A stretch of DNA of 59,732 nt, taken from NCBI RefSeq assembly GCF_006345805.1, contig NW_021832980.1, positions 1 to 59,732 on the forward strand. Direction: 5' to 3'. Origin of the DNA: Octopus sinensis (Eukaryota). Below, in pieces: positions 21,141 through 34,615 of this stretch; the first letter of the stretch is position 1, and each line of letters opens with the position of its first letter. Below the pieces are notes generated by a model. It was not told the DNA's origin, did not search any database, and was given only the letters and a program-made list of their open reading frames with translations. A program made the translations under genes and the position numbers.

Positions 21141-22420
21141 GAGGGGCGTTCAATAAGTAATGCCCCTGACCCACTTCCCATAGCAGTAGAGCAACGAAAC
21201 TTGGCACAGTTATTAGTCTTTTTCTACATAGGAACCACCCAGAGTTACGCATTTCTCCCATCGTTTGATGCGGCTCTGGAGACCGTTTTTGTAGAAGAAC
21301 CCAGTTTGGTCCTCCAACCTCAACGTGACTTCAGAAATCAAGGCTGCATCATCTGGGAAACGCTTTCCTTTCAAAAACAACTTCATGATTGGGAAGAGGT
21401 GAAAATCAGAGGGTGCAAGGTCAGGAAAGTAGGGAGGAGTTCATAGCCATACGCCTGTGCTTCTGATGTGGCGACAAGCGAGTTGTGGACCGGAGCGTTG
21501 TCCTGCAGGAGGAGGATGCCTTTGCTGATCTTGCCCCGCCTCTTGATTTTGATAACTTCTCTTAATTTCCTCAAAAGTGAAGCATAATAAGCTCCTGCAA
21601 TTGTGGTACCCTTTGCCAGGAAATCTGTCATCACTACTCCGTCCTGGTCCCAGAAGACTGTGAGCATGACCTTGCCAGCGGAGGGCTGCACCCTTGCCTT
21701 CTTTGGAGGGGGTGAGTCACGGTGCTTCCACTGCATTGACTGGGATTTGGTCTCTGGATCATCATGATGGACCCAGGTTTCATCCTGTGTAATCAGTCTT
21801 TTGAAAAATTTTGACTCATCTTCTTGGCACATCTCCAAATTCACCCTCGAGCAATCGACGCGTTCTTGCTTCTGGAAAGGTGTGAGCAACCTGGGAATCC
21901 ATCTGGCAGACACCTTTGCATATGCAAATGGTCATGAATGATAGTTTCCACAGACTCGGTACTAATCTTGACCTCATGGGCTATTTGGCGAATAATTATG
22001 CATCGATCTTCCAAAATGGCAGCCTCAACTTGACGGACAGATGCCTCATCAATGGCAGAAGGGGGCGACCAGATCTGGGAGCTGTTTCCACAGAGTTCCA
22101 ACCATGTTTGAATTCACGATGCCAGCGTTTTACAAGGTCATATGATGGGGCATCATCACCATAAGTTACTTTCATTTCATCAAAAGTCTCCCGTGGTGTG
22201 CGTCCTTTCAAATACAAAAACCGGATCACTGCTCGACACTCAACAGGCTCCATTTCACACTTGACTCGGTTCAAACACCTGTAAATCAGAAACCACAATT
22301 AATTCAGAGCTGTAATTTGCCACTTACTCTATAGAGATATAAATGATTGCACATGCAAAATTTCAGCTAGATCAAACAACTGCAAGTGGGTCAGAGGCAT
22401 TACTTATTGAACGTCCCTCG
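21140..22420 (-). mobile_element. Mariner transposon (irritans-like), full length 1281 bp, disabled transposase
   Basis: 37-bp TIRs cgaggggcgttcaataagtaatgcccctgacccactt with two mismatches, TA flanks; MEPVECRAVIRFLYLKG, WIPRLL, ITQDETWVHH, LLQDNAPVH. Confidence 0.92.
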
Positions 22421-22443
22421 TATATATATATATGAGGTATATA

Positions 22444-24014
22444 CCGTGGGGGGAAATAAATATTCGTGCATGTCAAAATTCTTTATTTATTTAATTTCTA
22501 ATGAACATAAATGGGATATACCAATACTATATTTGCATACACATGCATAAACTAAGAATATGCAAAGGAAACTAATAAATTATAGTAACTAAGGAATTTA
22601 TATTCAATTATAAATAATTAGGGGTGAAAAAAGTATTCGTACAGAACATAAATAACTGGTCATTCTGATTTAATATTTCGTAGCATAACCATTATTCAGT
22701 TCCACTTCAACCAATCTCTTCTTGTAGTTCTTAATCAATGACTCGCATGTTTCTTTAGGAATTTTTTCCCATTCTTCTTGACAAATTTTCTTCAAATCTG
22801 CAATGCACATTGGGGCTCTTGAATGAATTTTAATTTTCAAATAATGCCACAAATTTTCAATGGGGTTCAAGTCAGGTGACTGGCTTGGCCATTCTGATAA
22901 TTTTATATTGTGATCGACAATCCATTTTTTGGTAGACTTTGCTGTGTGCTTAGGGTTGTTATCCTGTTGTAAAACCCACCCTTCACAAAGCTGGAGCTTT
23001 TCTACAGAGTCCCATAAATTATTGTTCAAAATATTTTGGTACATCTCTGCATTCATTCTACCATCTATTGCATGTAAATTGCCGGCACCATTTGCAGAGA
23101 AACACCCCCACACCATGATGTTGCCACCTCCAAACTTTACGGTAGGAATAGTGTTTTTCCTCCAAACATGGTTATGCAAATTTCGTCCAAACAATTCAAT
23201 TTTCGACTTGTCTATCCATAGAACATTTTCCCAGAATGTATCAGATTTATCTTTATGTTCATAAGCAAATTTTAAATGGGCATCTCTATGCCTTTTAGTT
23301 AACAGCGGAGTTTTTCTAGGAGAGCGTGACTTCAGTTCATTGCTGATTGTTCATAGTGTAACACTAGTCCCTGAAGCTAACAAATCTTGCAACTCCTTTC
23401 TGGTGATCATTGCATTTTTTTCGATTCTTCGCATCATTTTTAGTAAAGATCTAGGGGAAATCTGGCGTGGTGCACCGGATCTTATTCTGTTTTTAACAGT
23501 TCCCGATTCTTTATATCTTTGAATAAATGAAGATATGGTAGTAAATGGAATACAAAGGGTCTCTGATATTTTCCTGTAACTTTTACCTGCTTTCCATTGT
23601 TCAATAATTAAATTTTTCACTGAATTTGTAAGTTCTTTACTTTTCACCATTATTACGATACTACTTTATGTTGTCTCAGTGCTGAATGAAGAAGCTAGTG
23701 TTTTGACACTTAAAAATGACAACTGATAAGATTATTGGAACAAACGAGAAAGTTCTAGTAAAAAAAAAGTATTTTAACAGTATTTTGTGGCATAGAAAAT
23801 CATAAACTTATTCTGTACGAATAATTTTTTCACCCCTAAATATTTCATAATTGTATATAAATTCATTAGTTACTATAATTGATTAGTTTCTTTTGCATAT
23901 TCTTAGTTTATGCATGTGTATGCAAATATAGTATTGGTATATCCCATTTATGTTCATTAGAAATTAAATAAATGAAGAATTTTGACATGCATGAATATTT
24001 ATTTCCCCCCACTG
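22444..24014 (-). mobile_element. Tc1 transposon with long IR/DR-type TIRs (1571 bp), disabled DD34E transposase
   Basis: ~203-bp TIRs (22444-22646, 23811-24014), TA flanks; MVKSKELTNSVKNLII, GGGNIMVWGCF, QQDNNPKHT, SPDLNPIENLW. Confidence 0.93.
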
Positions 24015-24539
24015 TATTTTCATCCTTTTTCAGCTGACCGCCTTTGAGGTCAGTCGCATCTGTTCTGTTCTGTCTCGCCACCTCGTCAGTTAAGATTTTT
24101 CCATTTCTTTTTTCCTTGCGCTAGCCTACTACACTGTCTGATAGTCAAAAGATCCTGTTTGTTTTGTTTTATCTTTATTGTAATTGTATAATTATTTTCC
24201 TTTTATTGTATTATATGCATAATTCTATTTCTTATATTATGTTAGTCTGATAGTTGAAAGACCCTTTCTGTTTGTTATTTCCTTGTGTTTGTATATGTTC
24301 ATTCGTTTGCCTTGCTCAGGGACTTAATGCTCTCAGCTTAAGTCCTTGACCCAACTGGTTTCGAGTAGTATCAGAGAGGATTGGGCGAAACTACATGGAC
24401 ATTCCAGACTCTGACTGAAGATGCAATTGAATGTGAATGATCCGTGTATCTTTTTTTTTTGTCCTGTTTGCCGTTGTGCTATTGTCCTTTACCTGCTTGT
24501 TATGTTTTGATGATTTCCATTTGTTACACACTCACACAC

Positions 24540-25010
24540 ACCATAATCATCATTATCATTTTACATCCGCCTTCTATGTTGGCATGGGTTGGACAATTTG
24601 ACAGGAGTTGGCATGGAATGGACGATTTGACAGGAGCTGGCCAGGCAGGAGACTGCATCAGAATTCTGTGTCTGTTTTGGCATGGTTTTTACAGCCAGAT
24701 GCCCTTCCTAACACCAACCACACAGCAGAGTAGACAGACCACTTTTTAGGTGGCACAAGCAGAGGCGAGGTCAGTTTTGGCATGGTTTTTACAAGTGGAT
24801 ACCCTTCCAAATGCCAACTGCTTTACAGTGTGGTCAGGATACTTTTTACCTGGCACCAACACTGATAGGGTCACCAAGTAACTTGCAAGACAACGATCCT
24901 TTGAGAGGAGAGGTGACATTGGGAGGAGATGATCTTGTGTCAGATGATGAAAGGTTATAATGTGACAGAGAGACAGAAAGCAGTATCTTGCTGTAGAGGT
25001 GGTACATGGT
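24540..25010 (-). mobile_element. Diverged RTE-related 3' end fragments
   Basis: catcat...acatccgccttctatgttggcatgggttggac and gatgcccttcctaacacc are reverse complements of the RTE 3' end motifs. Confidence 0.65.
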
Positions 25011-25084
25011 TACCTGGCTAGAGAGAAAGAGTGATCAAGAAAGAGGACAGAAACAGGAGTATTGCTGTTATCCAGCCTGAGGGA

Positions 25085-25143
<59 letters not shown>
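25085..25143. repeat. (GA)n microsatellite
   Basis: Direct reading. Confidence 0.95.
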
Positions 25144-25147
<4 letters not shown>

Positions 25148-25959
25148 AGACAGCAAGCATGCGAGGGAAAGCAGGAGAGAGATGGTGGCGAAGTGCTGGG
25201 GCATACTTACAAGAGACAGGGATCAGAAGATACAGTCACTTGGCTGCAGTACTCATCTAAGAGTAGGTATTACATCCTATTTTCTCCCTAGTGGTCTCTG
25301 CTTCTCCCTACAATTTCTTCCATTACTCATCATCCCTGCCCACATAATTTCAACCAGTCACCTCCTTTCTTTGCCTTCAGCCATTGCTTTCTCATTGCTA
25401 TCATTATCAGTTTCTTGCCATATCTACCATCATGATCCACCTATTATAGCCCCATATATATCCCTATAGATTCTTCTTCACTGCTCCTACACCTTGCACA
25501 ATATCCCATTATTATCTATTTTGTTTTCCTTTCTGAGCCAGCCCTATATCTCCCACCTAACCCCTCACATACTGGTATTTCCCATCATCTGCAACCACAC
25601 CTTTGCCCATCATTCACTACATTAAATTCCACCTCCACCTGTTTATTCCTCCCTCACACTCTTATGAAAGCATGCATTCTCTCATCCCCACCCATGACCC
25701 GCTATCTGTATCTTCTCTTATATTCACCTACTTGTTCCTTGAAAGTTTCCTTTAGCACCCCATCATTACCTACCTTGTATCACCTTCAGCCATGTATCTC
25801 CTTTATAACAAGACACCTGTGTTTGTCTCTTTATCATTTGTTAGCCTCTCAATACCTAACATAAAGCCATCCACCTCCTCCTTCCCTTCCTAAATACTTA
25901 CTGAGTAGCCGGAGTTTTTTCCTTTTCTTCTGTTTTTTCTCTCTTGCCAGTTACATGGC

Positions 25960-26160
25960 AACCTCACTTGTGCTGATGGCATAAAAAAGTCACCCAGTGC
26001 ACACTGTAAATTGGTTGCTATTAGGAAGGGCATCCAGCCACAGAAATTATGCCAGAGATGACACTGGAGCTCAGTGCAATCCTGCAGCTCGCTGGTTCCC
26101 TGTAAAATTGTCTAATCCATGCCCACATGGAAAGCAGATGTTAAATGATGATGATGGTGC
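25960..26160 (+). mobile_element. RTE 3' end fragment with (GAT)n tail
   Basis: ttaggaagggcatccagcc...cccatgcccacatggaaagcagatgttaaatgatgatgatg. Confidence 0.75.
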
Positions 26161-26219
26161 GAAAGAGAAAGCAGTAGAGATACAATAAAAAGAAGGTAAA
26201 ATAAGGAAATATAAGAAAT

Positions 26220-26263
<44 letters not shown>

Positions 26264-28325
26264 TGTAGTAAGAAGTTGATTGTTGAACTACAATGATAGT
26301 GGATACACTTAGCTATAATAGAATTATGAAGAAAGGCTTTATTTATTAGGGAGGAATATGAAAGTGAATAAGGCGGTGCAAGGCTAATGATTGTGTAATT
26401 GACTGAATTGATAAATAGCTGACTGATGAATCAGTTAAATACATAAAATAGAGATTATGTGGATTGTGTGTGTGCATATGCTTTTATACACATGTAGTGC
26501 ATATCTGTATGCACACACACGCCCCCCCCACACACACACACACCGGCTACAGTTCCTTACAATATATTTTCCATTCTATTTCTGTAGAATTATCCACTGA
26601 CTTCATGTTACATCTTCCCATATCTAACTCACTTACCTTTCAGCAAATTTGGTAATCATAATAACCTCTTTTTCTCCCAGTCACCATACTTTGCTGCCTA
26701 CCTATCTACCTTCACACCTATTTGCCTGACTACCCATAAACACCCACCTGCACAGCTGCTGTTTTGCAATTTTTTTCCATTGTTGACACTTTAACTGCAT
26801 TATTTCACAGTAAATGTATTACACAAATGTTAATGGTGAGATGAAAAGGCAGGTATATTAAAGGTGTGGCAGAAAGAGAGTTATATTAAATGGTGTGGTA
26901 GAAAGGTAGCTATAAAGAGTGTGGTAGATAGATATAAAGCATGTGCCCTTTCCAGTTGTCAAACTTACATTGAATTTCAAAATGACTGAAAATAGGTTTA
27001 ATTTGAACAAATTGCAGTGGAGTTGGTGAGGGTGGTAATGGCAGTGATTTAAGTTTATCTTTTGTGTTCAGAGTTATGTAGATGAATTTTGTCAACAAGT
27101 AAGGAGGAACTTTGCCATAAATTCTTTGATTGGATTGTGGTCATCAACTCCAGAACTTATTTTATTGGCCTTAAAAAGAGGTGAACCCTGAATTAAAGAG
27201 ACATCTAACATTTGGCTTATTCAGTCATCTCCCCATCAAATTGACCTTAATAAGTGTGGTGGGTTAGTTGTAGATCCTTTGATGTAAGAATCAGGTTGAT
27301 GAGATCAATAAATGTTAGAACAGCTTGCCTTGCACTAAAGTTCATGTATGTCTTATGATAGAATTTAGTTCAAAATTAGCATTATTATTTTTCTGAAATA
27401 TATGAAATGCTGAAACATTGATGCATTGTATAATTGTACAGTCACTGTTGTCATGGAGACCTGTCTGAACATGGTGTTGTTGGTGAGGGTAGTGATGGTA
27501 ATGGTAATAGCAGTTGTGGTAAAGGTGGTGGTGATATTTGGCTGTAGTGGTGATGGTGGAAATGATAGTAATGTTGGCTGTGGTGATGATAATGGTAGTT
27601 GTGGTGGGGATTGGGGGTAATGTTAGGGGTGGTGATAGCTGTTGAAATGATGGTGGTTGTGCCGGTACCCCCCTCCGTGATGACAGTCATAGTAGTGGTA
27701 ATACCAGTGGTGGTGATGGCAATTATGTTTATTTAGACTCCACCTCTATTTTCACTTCCTTTAGTTTCACATTCTTAACATTTATTCAAGGCTAAATGAT
27801 TTTTATTTTATCATTTATTTTCTGAAATATTGAGTAATAGTGGAAAAAAATAAAATAATTGCAATAGTTTGGGTTTGTGAGAAGACAGATTGCTTCTAGA
27901 AATGTGGTTGATGATAGTTGGTGAACTGGGACTAGTTATCAAGGATCATACAATAAAAAATTAGAAGAGGAAATTGATCTTTGTCCATACCATAAAATTC
28001 CATAAATTGATGTTTATTTCTGGCTTCCACAATGTAAAACTGTTCCTGGGTAGATGTTTCATCTTAAGAGGATTTGAATTCCTTTTGTACTGAATTGTAC
28101 CACCTCCTTTATTGACTGCTGACTATGGGTGAAATATAGTGTTAGATGTATGATTGGAACTCCTGACTTATTAGTTAAATGTCTGGTATCTCATCAATCT
28201 GAACAACTATTTGAGAAATGAGATTGAAATGGTACAGTGGGAGGTTGATATATTACAGATCTGCACAACCCATCACTGATTCAAGAATGGTGGCCATGTG
28301 GTGGTGGTCATGGTGGGAACAATGG

Positions 28326-31300
28326 TGCTTGTAAAGCAGTCTTTTGCCACTGTTGTATCTTTGTATCTTTTGATGATAGTTGTTGCTCTGACAGATATTG
28401 TTATATTCTGAAGCTGTCAATAATATGGTTCTATCTGGCACTGTACGACTGGAGGTCATACAGTGTTATTCTCCTCAAAAGATTAGATCGATATAATGTC
28501 CACTCAATATACTTATTATATCAGCACAGACACGACTATAAACACATTCTACATGTACTCTTGGCCTTCTGACCTTTTCTTGTTGACCAGCAACTGGTCT
28601 ATTCATAATGGCTGGCTACTTCCACTTTTTACTGGGAGGGGTGTACAGTTTCATTATACAGCTTCTCCCCTTTTAATTTTTTTTATTTAACAATCAATTC
28701 CTTTTATTCATTCTACCTCCTCCCTTTTTTTTTTTTTCATATATCAATGTCTTTTCTTCTTAGGGTCTACTGTTAGGAATTCAGTATTCTTCTTTTCCTT
28801 ATATGCAGGGTTTTGACTTCTTGTAATGGTGTTGGAACCTGAAAAGTGTCATATAGCCAATCCATCGGTATTTCTACTCTTGTTGGTTCCTTTTCTATAA
28901 CTCTTTCCTTAAGCTGATTTCTATGTCTCCTTTCCATTCCATTTCTGCTTCTTACACCATACATCATTCTTCCTATGCATGTTACAATTTCTTCTTCTTC
29001 CCAGTATTGCTTGCCATTTTTGTACATTCTTACAGACACCTTATCACCGATTCTAAAGAATTTTGGCATGCCTTTACTAGCACGTATAGTTTATTGAATT
29101 TTGACTTCACATTTCTGGCAAATATTAATTCTGCTGGTGAACTTCCTTCTGGCACATTTGGGTTTGGCGTTACCCCGTATCCCCTTAAGAATTGTTGGTT
29201 CATGACCTCATCTGTGGCTTCCTTATTAGTTTTCTTTTAAGTTCTCTTAAAAGTGTCCACGAACTGTTCAGCCCTTCCATTCGATATAGCAGAATCTTTT
29301 AAACTCACAGGATACAAACTGTGTTCCGTTATCAGAGACAATTATATTTGGTACGCCACATCTTGCAAACAGCTTGTATAAGAAGTTCATTACTGTTTAT
29401 GAGGTTGGTCATTTACACCTTGCGACCTCATGCCATTTTGTGCGGCTGTCCACTACTATTAAGTAATGATATCCATTTACCAGGCCTGCAAAATCGATAT
29501 TTTCACTTCCAGCCAAGGTTCACATTTTGTAGTAGGTAGTTTTACTGCCAGCACACATCCTATGTAGCCTTTTACCAGGTTTTCAACTTCCTTGTCCATG
29601 CTTGGCCAGAGTGTTGGCCAGTATATGAAACTTCACATCAGCACTTTCATTCTAGAGACGCCTGGGTATTCCACATGAAACCCTTTTAGCATTCTCTTCT
29701 GTAATAATATCTGTGGTATGACCACCCTCTGAGTGTACATTGGTACACCATCAGATATAGAGTACACGTTCACATCTTAGCAGTTCTTTGCATCAGACCT
29801 TTCTTGATTTCCTTTTGTCGACCACAGTTTTCGTTTTATCTTATTAATAAATTTGTCACTTCTCGCATTTTAAAAAATTTCTTCCAAAGTTACTGGTAGT
29901 TCATGCATGATATTCCACATAACTTTTTTTTTGTTTCAGTTTATCGACCTCATTCGGTTGTTTGACTGCTCCATTTATACTTTTGTACAAAGTGCTTGTG
30001 AGTGTACCCCATAAATTAAATTTCTCCATGCATTCAGTGCCAAATAAATTCATGGATTTTTTTTTTAACACATGAACATTCACTTTTTTGGTTCAACCTT
30101 TCAACATTATATTATAAATGCATTTTGCCCGTGAAATATAATTTTCTTCCCATAACATTTGTTCCAGTTTCCTATCATTCTAGTTTTGCAGTGCAATTTT
30201 ATGTCTTGTAAACCCACAGTGAAAACACTTTGCTTTTTTATAAGGACAATCTTTTTTCAGATGCATTCCACCACATGCTATACATGGGTCTGCATCCTGA
30301 TATTTTTCTGTTTTTCTTGCAACAGTTTGTCTTCCAACTTTTTTGTATTGGTCTTCTCTTTCCGTTGAATTTCTTCTGTATCATACCTTAATATTAATAT
30401 CCTGTCACACTCTAGCGACAGTTTCTGTAATGTCAAATCCTGGTTTGTTTCCAATTTTGATAAACTTTTCATTTGGATTTCTGCATCTCTTCTACCGGTC
30501 AGTCCTTGCACAAATTCTTGAAAGAAACTGGAGTAAGCATATGTAGCCTAAATCTCTCACTTTCTTTGTTGACTCCCCCTGTGTAAGTGGTGAAGTCTTC
30601 ATCCTTGCCCTTTTCTGTGTTTAAACATTTCTGTCTAGCATTAAACAGTGAGCTCTTTTTACTAAGCATTTTGCACAAAATGTCAACTGTATCAGTGAAA
30701 TTTATGTTGGAAACTTTTTTTTGGCAATATGGAGTTGCTATACTTCTTGTGCTCTGCTGTTGCTATTTTTCATAACCCTAGATGAATTTTTGTATTGTCT
30801 GTCTAATCCTCGCATTCTTTTTACAAAATTTGTTGAAATCTTCGAAAGTAAACCTTGAAGGCTACTCCTTCTTCAGGTTCATATTTGAATTCACTTATGA
30901 AATTTGCTACATGGTCAGGTAAAAATGTATTCTTTGGTTTGGTTATCAATTTCATTAGTTGTAAACATTTGCTACTGCAATCCTTGTTATTCTCGTTGTT
31001 CTTTGAGTTGTTGCTGTTTTTGCAACACAACTACCCCAGCTAACAAGTCTTCCATATTTTATAATTTTCATAAGTTTGCACAACAAGATTTTTGTCTCAT
31101 TTTTGTCGAGGTATTTAATTTCCACATGAATTTACTTTAAACTCTCCATGTGAATATTTTTTTTCACTCTGTGTAAATTTGTGTTTCCTTGTCACCACTG
31201 TTGTAAAGAGATTTTTTGCCACTGTTGTATTTGTTTTTTAATGATAGTTTTCACTCTGACAGATATTGTTATATTCCGAAGTCATCGATAGAATGGTTCT

Positions 31301-31526
31301 ATCTGGCACTGTACAACCCTCAATTGTCATGTTATTATCCTCAAAACGTTGGATAGATATAACATCCACTCAGCATAATTACTATATCAGAGCAGTCATA
31401 ACTATCAACACATTCTACATGTACTCTTGACCTTCTGACCTTCTCCTGTTGACCAGCTACTGGTCTATTTATGATGGCTGGCTACTTCCACTTTTTACTG
31501 GGAGGGATGTACAGTTTCACTATACT
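28326..31526 (-). mobile_element. Second, older Gypsy-type LTR element (gag and integrase remnants, RT/RNase H absent)
   Basis: Diverged ~330-bp LTRs (28326-28660, 31199-31526), PPT aaaaggggagaagc, PBS-like tggtgac; gag FKYEPEEGVAFKVYFRRF; integrase IDFAG, IVSDNGTQF, SNGRAEQFVDTFKR, SPAELIF. Confidence 0.85.
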
Positions 31527-31556
31527 CAGTGCTGATGATTATCATCCTCACCATCA

Positions 31557-31770
31557 TGGTAGTGCATTGACAGAATTGTTGGAACATCAGAAAAAATTGT
31601 TTTGTGATATTTGTTTTGACTCTACATTCTGAGTTCAAAGCTCACCAAGGTCAACTTTGCCTATCATCTTTTCAAACTTGATGAAATAAAGTACCAATCA
31701 AGTACTGGGATGATGGTATTATCTATCTTCCTCTCCAATCATGATAGCTGGCCTAAATTAGAAGTGTTGC
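31557..31770 (+). mobile_element. Diverged SINE-like interspersed repeat
   Basis: Collinear with 51989-52200 (acattc.gag.tcaaa.t.cacc.a.gt..a.tttgcct.tcatc). Confidence 0.6.
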
Positions 31771-31849
31771 TGTAGCAAGTGCACTGTTATATAATGAGAA
31801 AGGCAAATGTCTTGAAGGTGTTAGGTAGGAGTCTCCTGTGTTTTGGAAT

Positions 31850-32060
31850 ACAGCAGAATCAGTGTTTTGAGATTGGTCTTCAGTACTTTGTCTTGGCCTT
31901 CAGTCTTTCTGGACCTCCCTCTTCCACCAGTTCCATCCACCTTAAGTGATCGGCACTTCTTCATGCAACTGTCCATATGAATCACATGACCAAACCAGCA
32001 TAGTATTCTATCTTGCAGACTACTTCTAATCCCTCTTATGCCTAATCTCACTTGAAATTG
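31850..32060 (-). mobile_element. RTE RT C-terminal fragment
   Basis: LGIRGIRSSLQDRILCWFGHVIHMDSCMKKCRSLKVDGTGGRGRSRKT parallels the C-terminus at 12500-12700. Confidence 0.75.
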
Positions 32061-32334
32061 GTTCAGTTTGACTTCATTGAAAGTTTGAATGTGAATCAAG
32101 TTTAAAGACTGGATCAAATAACAGAAGTATTGATGAGGGTAATAAAGTGGCTTGAGTAAGAGAGAGAACTTGAATAGGAATTGCTGGAAATAGGTAGAAA
32201 AAGCTCTGGAAAAGATAAAAAATAGGAAAGCACCACGTCTAGATGCAATACCAGTTGGATTGATCTTGAGTGCAGGAAAGAATGCCTTAACAATATTCCA
32301 CAACTAATGCTGTAAAATCTGGAGTGAGTAAAAG

Positions 32335-32580
32335 TGGCTGTCAGATTGGTGCACAGCAGAATATGTGCCTATATACAAAGGGGGAGACCTGCTTATCTGT
32401 GAGAGTTAACAAGCAATCACTCTGATACCACATGCAAGTAAAGTACTTTTGATCATCATCCCAGAATGTTTGAAACCATATATTGAACAAGAAATAGCCA
32501 AAGAAAAGGCTGGCTTTAGAAATGAATCATCTGCACAAATTTCCGCACAACTTGATTATTCAGTTGATTAAGGCCTTTGA
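32335..32580 (+). mobile_element. RTE (BovB-like) RT N-terminal fragment
   Basis: DWCTAEYVPIYKGGDLLICES*QAITLIPHASKVLLIII...IEQEIAKEKAGFR. Confidence 0.65.
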
Positions 32581-34615
32581 AAGTCCTGTTGGAATTATGG
32601 CTTTACTTAGATTAATACTGTTCTGTTTGGGCTACATTGTTAGGATTCAGTAAATATCTTACTATATTTTATCTTTTATTCTTGCAGAGTAGATGAAATA
32701 ATGGCCAATATAGTCACTTCCCTTGACTGTCCCTTCTCATCTTGGACATATTTTAGTGGCCAGAATTATTTTTATTGCAAAATAGCTGTTTTGAAATTAA
32801 GATTGTTTACAGGTGGCAGTGTGTGCATGTACATGCAGGTGATGCATGTGTGTGTGATATACATCGATGTAATGTAATACCATAACATGGGCCCATGGTA
32901 TAGAAATAGTACTCCAAGATGTGTCACAGTAACTTTTGTATATTAAGGTAAAAGTTGTGCATATTAATTGTATGAGGGTTTTTCCTTACCTTGCAAGGTC
33001 TTTTTCTTATGAGTGAAAGAGTATAAGGTGTTTCTATTTTTCCATAAAACCCATTTAGTAACCATTCCTGTAGTTGTAGATAGCACTATTTTGCACTTCT
33101 TTTGGGCTCACCAGAATTATAAAGTTTTCACAGTTACACTAATTTGTTTATTTAAATGGATATTTTTACCATTCTGATATACTTCATGATGTATTTATAT
33201 TATTTTTGTTGTTTGAATAAAATTGGTGTTTAAATAGATTTTTAGGTGGACTACAACTTTTGTATAAAACAATACTGTGGGCCTCAACAGTAAAAAAGTA
33301 GCACATTGCTGATATGTTTTGGATGGAATTTTGGCTCTTAAATCAAGTGGAGATAAGCAGGAATCTTTAAGCTAGTGCCATAATGTTTTCAAGTTCTCAT
33401 TGTATAACAGAATAGGATCTCAAGATCTGTAGGAAGTCAATATATCCCTGCAAATTAACACATACACACACACAGAGTTGAGTCTCCTAATGAGGAATTA
33501 AGTAGGTTCTTTCATTTCTAGTTTTCTATATTGTCAAGTGTATTTTCTTGTGGCTGTGTTTTGAGACAATAGTTGGACACAGAATTGAAATATTTATAAT
33601 TACTGAAAGAACTGACTTTGGGATACCATTCACACAGATTAATTAATGAAGCAAAATAATTCCAATTGATGGAAAGCAAGGTAGTGAAGGCAAAGGGGAG
33701 ACAACTCTGAATTAAAATTATGCATGCAGTGAAGGGTTGAAATATTTGCTCGAGGAAGACTTCCCTTCTTTCCTGAGCGTCCAATAATACTTTATTTTTT
33801 CCACATCCTTGCATTGTTGTTTTTTGTTTTCTTGTTTGGATTAACTTTAATATCAGTATAATCTATTCTTTGACAGTATAGTAGCAACTCCAGGCAGATT
33901 TTTGGTCTAAATATAAACTTGTCTCTGATGGAAAGTAGATGTAAATGTTGCAATAATCTGTGTGTATATGCTTGCATGCGCATGTATGCATTTGCATTTA
34001 CCTCTAAAAATAAAACAAGCATAATGTTGTCTATTGTCTACTTGAAAATGTTGAGTTGGTGTGTAACCACGTGTGTTTTCAAGCAAAGACATGCCACTGA
34101 AGTCAACTAACAAACAATTCAGTTAAATAGTGATTCAATTCAGGTTTTTTTGTTAAGTGTAAGAAAAAAACAAACTTTGTTTAACTCTTTTAATACCAAC
34201 TTACCTTACACAACTTCTCTTAAAAGGTTCATATTTACTATCAAACTATCAATACAACTAAAGTGTTGGTCATTTTTTGAATAACAATCTGTCAGCATTT
34301 CATTTCAACATGACATATCATATATGACAATATGATATGTACACCAGTTTGCCAACACTAACATATTATATAGCAATAAATAAAGGTAGAAATATTAAAC
34401 TCCTTTGAAATATCGATTCTGTTGAAAATTTACTAGGATGGACAGACAGTCTCTCTCTCTCTCTCCCATTCCTACCTTGTAAATATTGTTTGGAAAGGTT
34501 TGATAACCTTTTGTTATTGAAAATACTCTGTATCTACTTTTGCCCATCTCCCCATATCTATCCATGTCCTCTTCCTTCATCATCAGTGATTTCATTATGC
34601 ATTTTTATTTTGTAG

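Noticed and set aside
24355-24430. Hammerhead-like words (gaaactac, ctgactgaag)
   Set aside because: Core elements are in the wrong order or spacing to build three stems.
27420-27720. V/G/D-rich ORFs
   Set aside because: Degenerate (GGT/GAT)n low-complexity DNA.
28320-31532. Target-site duplication for LTR element 2 and for the RTE at 9.4-13.7 kb
   Set aside because: No matching flanking direct repeats were identifiable, so the outer boundaries remain approximate.
34540-34615. In-frame upstream Met codons as the SBF start ([17 protein letters not shown])
   Set aside because: This is the polypyrimidine tract and acceptor region; it lacks the conserved N-terminal RLADYF motif.
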